Of a DNA stretch of 64,000 nt, positions 48,058-57,623 are shown one piece after another. A program made the translations under genes and the position numbers. The notes under the pieces are model-generated. The model saw only the letters and a program-made list of their open reading frames with translations. It was not told where the DNA came from and did no database searches. The first letter of the stretch is position 1, and each line of letters starts with the position of its first letter. Origin of the DNA: Rhodospirillales bacterium (lineage in GTDB: Bacteria; Pseudomonadota; Alphaproteobacteria; Micavibrionales; UBA1664). The DNA lies in the NCBI GenBank assembly GCA_023898805.1, contig CP060260.1:849656-913655 (forward strand), read 5' to 3'.

Positions 48058-50394
48058 ATGGCTGATTTAAGCGCAATGGATCTGGACAACGCCGAACAGG
48101 TGGCCGAACCGGTGGCGACAGCCGCAACGGGCGCTTCCGGGGACGATTCTATCATGTCGCCGGAAACTGAAGCGGCGGTCGGCGAAATGTTCGCCGCACT
48201 TCGCAGTCAACATGAAAAACTGGCCGTCGACAGGAAACTGGCCGATGCGTTTGAAAAGCGCTTCACCGAAAACGGGGGCTGGCGCTCGATCACCGACGGC
48301 GCCGCCGAAAATCCGGAAGCCGCCCGCAAATTCGCCGAATTCTACGCCGCCCGCGCCCGCAGCGAATACGAGGCGCAACCGAAAAAACGCGCGTTTGATG
48401 CGTATGCCCTGACCAAAAACGGCGTAAACGCGAGCCTTTTGAACGCCGCCTTCGACCCGGCGCAGCGCCGCGGCAAGGCCTATGCCGCCTTTGCCGAATT
48501 CAAAACCGCCAATCCCGAACTTTTTGCGGCTGCGGACGCCGCTGCGCCCGCGCTGAAAGGCGAACCCAGTAAAAAATACGTCGAACCCAAAGATCGCCTG
48601 ATCGACGGCTATACCGAACATTTCACCGCCCACTGGAACGCGATGACCGGCGAGGAAACCGCCGACCCCGCCCGCGTGCGCGATTTCGCCCGTTACTACG
48701 CGGAACAGATTGTTCAAGACTATGACAGATACGACCGAAAATTACCCGGCACCAAAAGCTTCTACGACCATGCACTGGCCGAAGACGGCGTAAAACCGGA
48801 AATCCTGAACCGCGCCTTCAATCCGGAAACGGGCAAGGGCGCCGCCATCAAACAATACGAAGCCTTCAAGGCCACGCCCACCGCGCCGGCCGCCGCAAGC
48901 GAAATCGAGGAAGCGGCCGCCACGCTCGAAAATCCGGACGCGGCTGACGACCAGCCCGCTAACAAGAGCAAGAACGCCGACACACTGGAAGCAGACCAAA
49001 ATCCGGACGCCGACAGCGTGGAAAAACCCGATGCACAGGCCGCCAAAGCCGAAGAAAACACCCCGGCACAAGACCCGGCGCAGAATGATGAGGGGGCGGA
49101 TTCCCACCTTGCCGGTCTTGCGATGGAGCCATTCCGCGAAAACAAGGCTGGCAACTTGCTGTTTCAACCCTTCCTCGCTTATCCGCGCATCGGCGATCGA
49201 CCGGATGTGGCCATGGCGGGATCGGATTGGCAGGCTCTTAGCCCGCATACGGCCCGTTTGATCGCGCAATATTACGGTGGCATCGATCAGGACGCCGCGT
49301 TTCTTGCCGCGCTTGACGAACTTGCCGAACAACTGCCCCCGGAAAAGCTGGCCGATGGCGAAAACCCGGAAACGGATCCGGATAAAATCCGCGACCGGAG
49401 ACGCGCGCGCCTGCTTGAGCAGGAAACACTCGGAATCCCCGGCCCCGATGGAAAAATAGCCAGAATGAACGGGCAGGACGCGATTTTCGCCCTGTTCATG
49501 CGCCATTCCGCGCTCGCCGGTCATTTCGATGCCACTCAATACGGCCGCCCCAACGCACCTGAATACGGCGGCATTCATCGAAAAATCCTGGATGGGCCGC
49601 CAATACAACAGCGTGGTTCACGGTGCATGGGACGATCAGCAGACCCACGGCGCGGATTTGTGTTTCCGCGACAGTCAAAAACCGTCTACCGTGTTTCCGG
49701 CAAGGGCGTTCAGGCCAAATTACCGCCGGGTCGCAGATTCAACGGGTCCACAGCGCTGCATCTGGCTGGGATCGGCATCAACCTGCGTCTCGACAACGCA
49801 CCGCGCGGCGGTGGCACGCCTGATCTGAAATTCTGTATCACCCTGCCCAAGACCTTACTGCCGGCCGAATACCAATACCGCCGCGATCTGATTTTGCTCA
49901 GCACGCTGCACGAGGCCAGAAAGGCGCAGATCGACCCCGTTCTTTCGGAAAAAACCCGCATGGGCGCCCGCAAGGACATCACGCATATCAATTTCAACGA
50001 CCTCTCTGAAAAGGCCGTAAGGGAGTTGCAGGGCTTGGGCGTCAAGGTCTCCGATCTGGTCGATGCCTTCAACGCGGGCAATTTGAACGGCAAACCCGAT
50101 GCGGCGCTGGAAAACGTTGAAAGCCCCGCGCCGCAACAAGCCGCCGCTGTAAAACCGGAAACGGCTGCGGCAACACAGGAATCTCCCAAGCCGACCGCAA
50201 AGGATATTCTGGCCGGTGGCCATTCGAAATTGCAGTGCCGAAAGCCGCACCTTCGGCAACACCGCTGGGCGAAACGGCCCAAGGACCGGTCGAAGCACCT
50301 CAGGTGCCCCCGCTGCCGTCATCACCGAGGCGCAAAAACGCCGGAAACCCGCACCAACAGTACGTCCTTCATAACCGATCATCACGGCCATTAA
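48058..50394 (+). CDS. Large acidic repeat-containing hypothetical protein (possible secretion substrate; reading frame may be disrupted)
   Basis: AAGGGG lies upstream of the ATG and there is no signal peptide. It has two tandem homologous segments of about 70 aa and a D/E/P/A-rich linker. Local frame anomalies occur near 49.56-49.70 kb and at the C-terminus (see findings). Confidence 0.55.
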   Translation: MADLSAMDLDNAEQVAEPVATAATGASGDDSIMSPETEAAVGEMFAALRSQHEKLAVDRKLADAFEKRFTENGGWRSITDGAAENPEAARKFAEFYAARARSEYEAQPKKRAFDAYALTKNGVNASLLNAAFDPAQRRGKAYAAFAEFKTANPELFAAADAAAPALKGEPSKKYVEPKDRLIDGYTEHFTAHWNAMTGEETADPARVRDFARYYAEQIVQDYDRYDRKLPGTKSFYDHALAEDGVKPEILNRAFNPETGKGAAIKQYEAFKATPTAPAAASEIEEAAATLENPDAADDQPANKSKNADTLEADQNPDADSVEKPDAQAAKAEENTPAQDPAQNDEGADSHLAGLAMEPFRENKAGNLLFQPFLAYPRIGDRPDVAMAGSDWQALSPHTARLIAQYYGGIDQDAAFLAALDELAEQLPPEKLADGENPETDPDKIRDRRRARLLEQETLGIPGPDGKIARMNGQDAIFALFMRHSALAGHFDATQYGRPNAPEYGGIHRKILDGPPIQQRGSRCMGRSADPRRGFVFPRQSKTVYRVSGKGVQAKLPPGRRFNGSTALHLAGIGINLRLDNAPRGGGTPDLKFCITLPKTLLPAEYQYRRDLILLSTLHEARKAQIDPVLSEKTRMGARKDITHINFNDLSEKAVRELQGLGVKVSDLVDAFNAGNLNGKPDAALENVESPAPQQAAAVKPETAAATQESPKPTAKDILAGGHSKLQCRKPHLRQHRWAKRPKDRSKHLRCPRCRHHRGAKTPETRTNSTSFITDHHGH

Positions 50395-50424
50395 AAAACC
50401 GCGCTTTATGGCGCGGTTTTTTTA
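50393..50424. terminator. Bidirectional rho-independent terminator between convergent genes
   Basis: aaaaa-accgcgc-tttatg-gcgcggt-ttttttt. A perfect 7-bp stem is flanked by an A-run and a T-run. Confidence 0.8.
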
Positions 50425-50442
50425 TGTAGTTTTCCGACTGGT

Positions 50443-53317
50443 TTACGTCATACCACCAGAAGAAGGCGCGTTTACATCGCCATGGAGTCTTCTAATTTCG
50501 TTTTCCTTCTCCTTGATATCCCTACGCCTTGCATTAGTGGCCCTGAAATTCTTTTCCGTACCCTCAAGCGCGCTATGCCCCTGAGTCATGACCGCATAAC
50601 CGGCCAAGGCCATGCCCTGCATATTGCCGATATCGACCGGCCGGTCGCCTGTGAAGGACGACCCGCCGCCCAGCCAGCGCAGCATCTTGTCCGGAATCGC
50701 ATCGATCAGCTTAAAACAGGAATTGGCCAACATATAGACCAGATAAACGAACAACACGGTATAGGTAATAATCCCAAACCCGCTGACATTTCTGATATCC
50801 AATCCGCAAGGCGCATTTCCGGTCCCAGGAAGCGTACATGTAGCATCCGGGTTATAGGCGAATATCGCATATTTGAAGGTCGCGGCTAGAAAATTCACCC
50901 CGGCATTGAACACCAAAGTCCCCACGATCAACCCCATGATGATCAAAAGCGGACGCAACAAAACACCAAACAGCGTCAACCAGTTGGCAAAGGCCGTCTG
51001 GCCCGGCAGCCCTCGCCGTCGATCCGTAAATGCGAAAGCGCGAACAGGGGCATCGACACAACGGCCTCTGCCACTTCGATCACCCAGTTGACGGCCGAGA
51101 AAAAGAAATACATGAACGGCATCATCGGCAGCAGGTAAAACAGGACGATGCCAACCGCTAATCCAACCGTAATGATAAACCACAGCACAGGCGCAACTGC
51201 ATCCAATATTGCACCGATAAAGTTGAGTGCTTTGACAAGCTTACCCGCCCTGGAATCGCACCGAAAAATCTGTCTATGAAATTACTGCCTGCTTTGGCCG
51301 CTATATAATATTTAATCATGGATCCGGCATGCGAAAGAATGCTGCCACCCGCATCAATCAAACGGCTCATGGGGTCGTTTCCGGATGTCGTCGCGCTTGC
51401 CGCGGACTTGTTATCGACAAGTTCCAGAAAACCATCGCCAAACTGCCAGCGCGCCAACCAGAGAATAGGATCAGTAATACTTGCGCCTCTCGAACTGAAG
51501 TCCTGATTATAGGCTGGCGCCGCGCCCAAGGCGTTCGTCGGCTGTGTGGTAATATAGCTCGGCACCTTCGAAATCACGACCTCGGCATTGGCAAGGGCGG
51601 TCCGCGCAGCAGCATCTTGATCCGTATTGGTCGGCCCCCCACACCCGGTAGTTGCAAGGAATCGTCCCAATGCGATACCAGCACCGATGGTTTTGATTTG
51701 CCATCCGGCCCAGTAACGGGAGCGGGAACCGCATTGCTGACCGCATCAAGAACCGCCTGGGTCATACGCGCGGTCTGAATGTAGTAAATTCCCGCCGTTC
51801 CCCAACCGCGTGTCTTGGCGTCGTTCTGCATCGACGTGACCTGGGTCGTCGCCGACATCATGGCGGTCCGTATATTCGCAGGCACGCTGTTCATACTCGT
51901 TTGTGCCGCATTGATGGCGTTAGCGACCTGCTGTGCAAGAGCAGAAGCCTGAACATTGCTTGCGCGGAATAATCCGTACCCGATGGGGCCCACGGCACGG
52001 TTTTTCAGAAATTTTGGTGGACGGATCTTTAAATGCATCGGCCATCTGCTTCATCGCGGTAAGATAGGTTACCTGCGCCTGTTGCACGGTATTAGCCGCA
52101 TTAGTCATGTCCGTATTTGTTGCATCGCTGCTGCCTGTATCACCCTTGATCGACATTTCGATCGAACCGCAAGTGCTGTTGGCTGGCGACGGGCCTTTGC
52201 CAGAGGGCAGCGGAAGATCGACAGCCGACCAGACATAGGTGATTTTCGCGGCACCGGCATCGCGTCCAAACTTGATATCGGCATCTGTAAACGTCGCTAG
52301 CTGCGAGGTTTTTCCATTATCGACCAGAATGGTCACCACGTCCGTACCGCTTGCCGGGAAAACATCGGTGGGGCTGTTCCAGTGCCCAGCGCGGTTATAC
52401 GCGGCACGACAGGTTTCAAACATGAATATGCCGGTGCCAAGTGTCGACGCGGTCGGTGCCCCGACATTGCCCGCGACCGGCGTCGGCGCGTTGAACGCTT
52501 CCGTATATTTAACCCAAGCATTGGTCGCAAGGCCCGATCCGAATTTCGCGATATACATGGTCATGTATTGCCCGGCGTTGAGCCCGTCGCCCAACGGCAC
52601 CAGAAGCCCAAGCGCCAGCACCAGCCGGATCGGCGCCCACAACCCGTTGAAGCGTTTGCCGAAGGGCTGCCCGGTCTGCGCCGATTCCCCGACCACCGTG
52701 ATCACGTAATACAGGACCACGATCACCGCGATGATCATCATCGCCGTGCTGTAAAACCCTAAAATGGCATGGAACCCGGGCTGCGTGATTGTTGCCACGC
52801 CCGAACCAAAAATATCGCTGACGCCGAACACGCTGCGCAGGAATTCAAAAATAATATCGGTATTGGGATTGGGCGTGCTAAAAAACGTGCCGCTGGGCGT
52901 ACCGGCCGCGTGCGCGGCAGAGCCGAACGCGGCATACAGCACGATCAAAATGGTCTGCAGCACGATCATCGCCATCGCCACCAGCACCGCGCCGAAGATC
53001 AGGATCTGGTCAATATTCTCGCGCTTCACCACCAGCCCGTTCGCAGCGGTGGCGATCACATCGCGCACGCCGAACCGGCCGATATTGGCGGGGTTGAGCA
53101 TCGGATGCCCGGCAGGCAACAGCCGCGCCGAACGATAGACGAGCGCGAGCACATAGGCGAAATGCCCGAATTTTTGACCCAGCGCGCGAATGCGCGGAAA
53201 AATTTCCGGCATATGCGTATACCGGAACAAGGCACCCTTATCGACATGAGGCATATGCGCGGTATTTTTATCCGCGTGATTATCCGACTTGAACAACCCG
53301 AAAAGGGCCATGCACAC
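50443..53317 (-). pseudogene. dotA: DotA/TraY-family type IVB secretion membrane protein, fragmented by multiple frameshifts
   Basis: Five consecutive minus-strand ORFs in different frames tile one protein of about 950 aa: 51920-53317, 51574-52038, 51158-51670, 50976-51206 and 50443-51183. It carries a DotA/TraY-like core (GESAQTGQPFGKRFNGLWAPIRLVLALGLLVPL) and polytopic C-terminal segments. Confidence 0.7.
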
Positions 53318-53495
53318 ACCCCGTCTTGTCAGCGCACAGCGGCATTGGTGCCGCAGGCGGGACTTCCCCGCCTATTATTATTTAAAATTTTACCTAATTT
53401 TAGGTTAACGCGCCACAGGAATCTGTACCGTAAAACGACATAAAATCGTTGCGAATCTGGTACTTGCGACCATTATAAACAAGTTGGAACGGCTT

Positions 53496-54845
53496 TTACT
53501 GTGCCAGCCGCCCCTGCGTGCCCTGCACGACCCAGCGCCCACCGATACTGGCGATTCCAGTAACCTGACCCAGCCCAGGCACATCGTCGCCGACGCCAAC
53601 CTCGCGCATATCGCCGCCGCGCGCCAGCACGGCATGGCCGGGGCGCGCACCGCGCAGCGACCAGCCACCGCTGCCGCCCGACGAATTGCCGCCCGTCGAA
53701 ACCGGTTGCGCACGCCTTGCGGGGCTATAGGGACGGTCCCAGCTGGATACGGAACTGGACGTCGAAGTCGCCCTTGGCTTGGTTTTTTTGCTGCTGCCCG
53801 AAGCGGCGCTGCGCTTTTTCGGGGCCGCGGATGCCGCAGACGCCATCACGTCGGAATCATTGCTGCGCGCTGCCACGGCGCGAGGACGCGATTGAGAAAG
53901 ATCGTCGATGCGTGTTTCCAGCCGCTCCAGTGTCGTCTGGATGGCGCTCAGCTTGCTGTCGTCGGCGGGGGCGGCGGCGGCGATTTTGTCCATCGCATCG
54001 GTCAGCTTGGAATCCATCTGGTCAAGCCGCGTCTCGATCGCGTTGACCCGTCCGGCCAATGCCGTCGTATCTCCCGCACTCGCCCCTCCGGCGCCTGTAT
54101 CCTCAAGCGCGGGCGCGGCAGCGGTTTGGATCTGCGGCTGTGCCGTATCCGGCGCTGGCAACTGCGTCGGAGTAACCGAGGTCTGCGACACCGTTTGCGG
54201 CTGGTTCGGAAACTGCCCGACCACCGATCCCGGCTGTGGCGTCGCGATCGGCGCGGGCATCGGCACCGCGCCGGCATTGTCGTCCGCACCTTGCGTTGGC
54301 TGGGCTACGATCTTGGCGAACGGGTCGTCAGCGGCGGTTTGAGCATTGGCGGCGGTCTGCGGCGCGTTGCCGGTATTGCCAAGCGCCGCGTAATTATCTG
54401 GATTATCAAGAAGCCCGGCCCCCTGCGCGGCGTTTTGCGTGCCTGCGGGCGCGATGGCTTCCTGCGCTGCGGCGGCGCTGTCGGCCGTGTTGGCGCCCGA
54501 AGCCTCCTGCACCGTGGGGGCGGGCGCGTTGCCAGCCATGATCTGCGGTAAAACCTTGGAGGCGATCAATCCACCTGCCACCAGAACCATGGCCCCGACA
54601 ACGCCGATATTGAACCAGTTGGTTTTTTTGGCAGGTAAGGGCGCGGGCTCCCCCTCGCCGAACACATCGGCATCCAGTTCGTCCGACACGTCGTGAAAAT
54701 CCGCGTCATCGATCGAATCCGCACCCGGATCCATCCCGTGCGCGGCCTCCTCCGGCGCTTCGTCATAGACGTCGAAATCTTCGAGTTCGTCACCATGGTG
54801 GCCGTCTTGATGCATGTCGGGATCGTTGATCTGGTTCATAAACAT
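53496..54845 (-). CDS. dotF: DotF/IcmG (TraP)-like type IVB secretion protein
   Basis: Has an acidic N-terminus, one TM (WFNIGVVGAMVLVAGGLIA), a Q/A/P-rich linker and a coiled coil. The C-terminal domain WSLRGARPGHAVLARGGDMREVGVGDDVPGLGQVTGI resembles the DotF C-terminus as I recall it. Confidence 0.6.
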   Translation of the reverse strand: MFMNQINDPDMHQDGHHGDELEDFDVYDEAPEEAAHGMDPGADSIDDADFHDVSDELDADVFGEGEPAPLPAKKTNWFNIGVVGAMVLVAGGLIASKVLPQIMAGNAPAPTVQEASGANTADSAAAAQEAIAPAGTQNAAQGAGLLDNPDNYAALGNTGNAPQTAANAQTAADDPFAKIVAQPTQGADDNAGAVPMPAPIATPQPGSVVGQFPNQPQTVSQTSVTPTQLPAPDTAQPQIQTAAAPALEDTGAGGASAGDTTALAGRVNAIETRLDQMDSKLTDAMDKIAAAAPADDSKLSAIQTTLERLETRIDDLSQSRPRAVAARSNDSDVMASAASAAPKKRSAASGSSKKTKPRATSTSSSVSSWDRPYSPARRAQPVSTGGNSSGGSGGWSLRGARPGHAVLARGGDMREVGVGDDVPGLGQVTGIASIGGRWVVQGTQGRLAQ

Positions 54846-54941
54846 ACGCCTAACAGGGCGGGCCGACGCGTTCAATGGTTTTTACCGTTCCGCGCGCGGT
54901 TATGCGCGCGAAGAACATGTCGAACGGGTTATTGCCCCATC

Positions 54942-56291
54942 TTATTGCCCCGAATCCTTGACCACGGGCTCAAGGAACAAAACACCGATCGGCGTACCGG
55001 CATTGACCTTGATCATCACCTTGGTCCTGTTTCCTTCGTTATCCAGTTCTTCCGAAAGTTTCGAGGTGCCGGCGGCCAACCCGGCAGCCACTTGCTCGCG
55101 CGTGTTCAGCTTGGGCTGCGACACCGTCGTCGTATCCGCCGTCACCACCACGGTCTGCTCATTCTGGGCGATGGCGTTGCCCATGCCTTCGATGAACCGG
55201 GCCGCAGCGGGCAAAAGCACGCGCCGCCAGTAACGCCGGTCGACTTCGCTGGCCAACGCCGGCAACGTGGTTTTCGGATCAATCGCGACCGCATTGACGG
55301 ATTGCGAGATGCCGTTGACCACGACGGTATTGAAATCGAGGATCAGATAATCCTCCGTATCCTTGAAGGAGCCAAGAATCCGCGCACCGGCCAAAGGCCC
55401 GCTGGACAGCCGCGCAAGCACCGGCCCCGGCGCATCCGTATTGGCCTCGGTCAGCGTCTGGGCATAAACGATTGTACCTGCCGGAATCAGGATTTCCTTG
55501 ACCACCGGCGCATTCTGGGCCGTGCTGGCACCGCCCGTACTTGAAGACGCCTTCTGTGCCTTCTGCTCAAGGTAATCAGCGGACGTAACCTGCATGATCT
55601 GCGGCGGCAGGATTTTGTGCTTGTCCAGGATCTGCTGCATCTGCTGGGTCATCGCGTTGGCCAGCGCATCGACCGCCTGCGGATCCGGCCCCGACGGCAT
55701 CACCTGCTGCTGCGCACCGTTGCCGCCCTGCCCGTTGCCACCCACCAATTGCGGCGAGGTGGGTTCAAGCGTGGGATCAGGCCCGGATTGCTGCGACCCC
55801 GACCGCCACCCGGCCAACGGATCGTCCATCGACGCCGGTGGCGTACCGGACCCGTCCTGAAGCGAATTATCTGTATTGTCCGACACCGGGATCGGCATGG
55901 TGCTTTGCCCGGTCTGCACTGCCTGATCCAGACGTTGCTGGTTGACCTCGTTGATTGCGTCGCGATAGGCCTCGGTCGTGTCGTTGCCCGGCGCCTCGTG
56001 CTCCTTCAGCGCTGTGCCCACGCGCGACTGGTCGTCTTGCTTGCCGCCCATGCCGAAAATCACGAAGGCCGCGACCACCGCGACGACACCGACCCCGATG
56101 ACGCCCAGCTTGATGATCGGGTTGTTGCGCCACATTTCGCCCAGCGTCCCGCCCTTCTGGCCATGTCCAGGCGCGTCGAATTCGTTGAAGCCGTCATCGC
56201 CGGACGAAAGGTCTTCCTCGTGGCTGAAATCGTCGTGCGAAGGCTCCTGCGGAACCCCTGCTTCAGGATCAAAGGTAACGTTGTCTGTCAT
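54942..56291 (-). CDS. dotG: DotG/IcmE (TraO)-like protein with VirB10/TrbI-type C-terminal domain
   Basis: Has an N-terminal TM (IIKLGVIGVGVVAVVAAFVIF). The C-terminus is TrbI-like (ILIPAGTIVYAQTLTEANTDAPGPVLARLSSGPLAGARILG ... VNAGTPIGVLF). Its ATG overlaps the dotH stop. Confidence 0.75.
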   Translation of the reverse strand: MTDNVTFDPEAGVPQEPSHDDFSHEEDLSSGDDGFNEFDAPGHGQKGGTLGEMWRNNPIIKLGVIGVGVVAVVAAFVIFGMGGKQDDQSRVGTALKEHEAPGNDTTEAYRDAINEVNQQRLDQAVQTGQSTMPIPVSDNTDNSLQDGSGTPPASMDDPLAGWRSGSQQSGPDPTLEPTSPQLVGGNGQGGNGAQQQVMPSGPDPQAVDALANAMTQQMQQILDKHKILPPQIMQVTSADYLEQKAQKASSSTGGASTAQNAPVVKEILIPAGTIVYAQTLTEANTDAPGPVLARLSSGPLAGARILGSFKDTEDYLILDFNTVVVNGISQSVNAVAIDPKTTLPALASEVDRRYWRRVLLPAAARFIEGMGNAIAQNEQTVVVTADTTTVSQPKLNTREQVAAGLAAGTSKLSEELDNEGNRTKVMIKVNAGTPIGVLFLEPVVKDSGQ

Positions 56292-57475
56292 TGTGCTGCC
56301 TTGTTTTCCTCGACCTGCGCACGCACCAGCTTGCCGTGATCCGAAAGCAGGAGCACCGGTGAATTGTTGACCACATAAACCGTCATGCCGTCTGCGGACT
56401 TGACCGATGCGCTCCAGCCCGGCGACAGAAGCGTCAAAGGCGTGCGCAGATACGTCGTCCCGTTCGACCGGAAGACCGATGTCCGCCCGTCGACGCCGTT
56501 GACCGTCAGTTTTTCGGTGCCACCCGGCGGCACCCCGTCAAGAATCTGGGTCAGCGCCTTGTCCGACCCAGCCTCGATGGTAAGGCCCGGATCGATGATC
56601 GGCGGCGTGGCGTTGGGACCGTATTCGGGGATACGGGCGTCGAAGCGGTACTGCACGACGTCAAGCTGGGTCTCCAGCGTAAATGTGACCGGGGTTTTCA
56701 AACCGACCAACTGCACCGACATGTTGCCGACCTCGGCCGCGCCCATCGGCGAAACACGGATCAGATGCCCCCCGTCGCCCGGCGAGATGACCTCGAAATT
56801 TCCACCCCAGCTGACGTCCTGCACCGGCCAAGGCTGACCGGTGATATCCATCATGGTGATCGACGTGACGTGACCGGGGCTCAGCTTGATGACCGGCGGC
56901 GTGACGCCGGGATCAAGGGAAACGGTCTGTACCGTGACCTCAGGCTTGGGCATGCCGCCGATCCGGGATTCCGACACATCGCGCGTAACCTTGTATTTGT
57001 CCAGCAGCGCGCGGATCTGGTCCGGCGTCATCGGCATCATACCGTTGAGCGCAGCATCGAAGGCTTGCTCGCGCGCCTTTTGTTCAAGTTCGGCGCGCTT
57101 CGCCTCGACATCCTCGGCGCTCAGCGTATTCAGGTTGTAATACTGGTCCGCGGGCTGGTCCGCGCCCGGCTGCTGGAATCCGCCCGGCGTCGGGGCCGGC
57201 GTGGCATTGGCGGACGCGGGCGCCTCGGCCTGCTGGGCACGGCGGAATTCGGCCAACGGGTCCTGCACATCGGTGGGCGGCGCATCGCTGCTGGGCGGCA
57301 GGATCGCGGATCCCGTGGCGTCCGGAGCATTGGCCGCCGGTGACGCGGCGGCAGGCGTCTTTGCATCCGAAGATGCGACGGGAGAGGCGGCAACAGGAGC
57401 GGCGTCCTGCGCCGACGCAGGCCCGGCGACAACAGACAAAAAACCGAAAAGGAGTACCGGCAAAAGCCGTTTCAT
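56288..57475 (-). CDS. dotH: DotH/IcmK (TraN)-like outer-membrane core component
   Basis: The start was set at the signal peptide MKRLLPVLLFGFLSVVAGPASA. The C-terminal region is IcmK-like (SPGHVTSITMMDITGQPWPVQDVSWGGNFEV ... LLSPGW). Confidence 0.8.
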   Translation of the reverse strand: MKRLLPVLLFGFLSVVAGPASAQDAAPVAASPVASSDAKTPAAASPAANAPDATGSAILPPSSDAPPTDVQDPLAEFRRAQQAEAPASANATPAPTPGGFQQPGADQPADQYYNLNTLSAEDVEAKRAELEQKAREQAFDAALNGMMPMTPDQIRALLDKYKVTRDVSESRIGGMPKPEVTVQTVSLDPGVTPPVIKLSPGHVTSITMMDITGQPWPVQDVSWGGNFEVISPGDGGHLIRVSPMGAAEVGNMSVQLVGLKTPVTFTLETQLDVVQYRFDARIPEYGPNATPPIIDPGLTIEAGSDKALTQILDGVPPGGTEKLTVNGVDGRTSVFRSNGTTYLRTPLTLLSPGWSASVKSADGMTVYVVNNSPVLLLSDHGKLVRAQVEENKAAQ

Positions 57476-57623
57476 GACACGCACACCGCCACCATAATAA
57501 GAGTCGCCCGATTTTTCGTGGGCTTTTTCTAAATTATCACCAGAAGACAACGCGGTTTTGGCGCGGCTGTCAAGAATTCCGGAAAACATCTCTCCCGCGC
57601 CCCTCGCGTTTTGAGTCACGCTT

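Noticed and set aside
50443-53317. Programmed ribosomal frameshifting as the explanation for the dotA frame changes
   Set aside because: At least four shifts in different directions with no slippery heptamer at the junctions I inspected. Decay or assembly error is far more likely.
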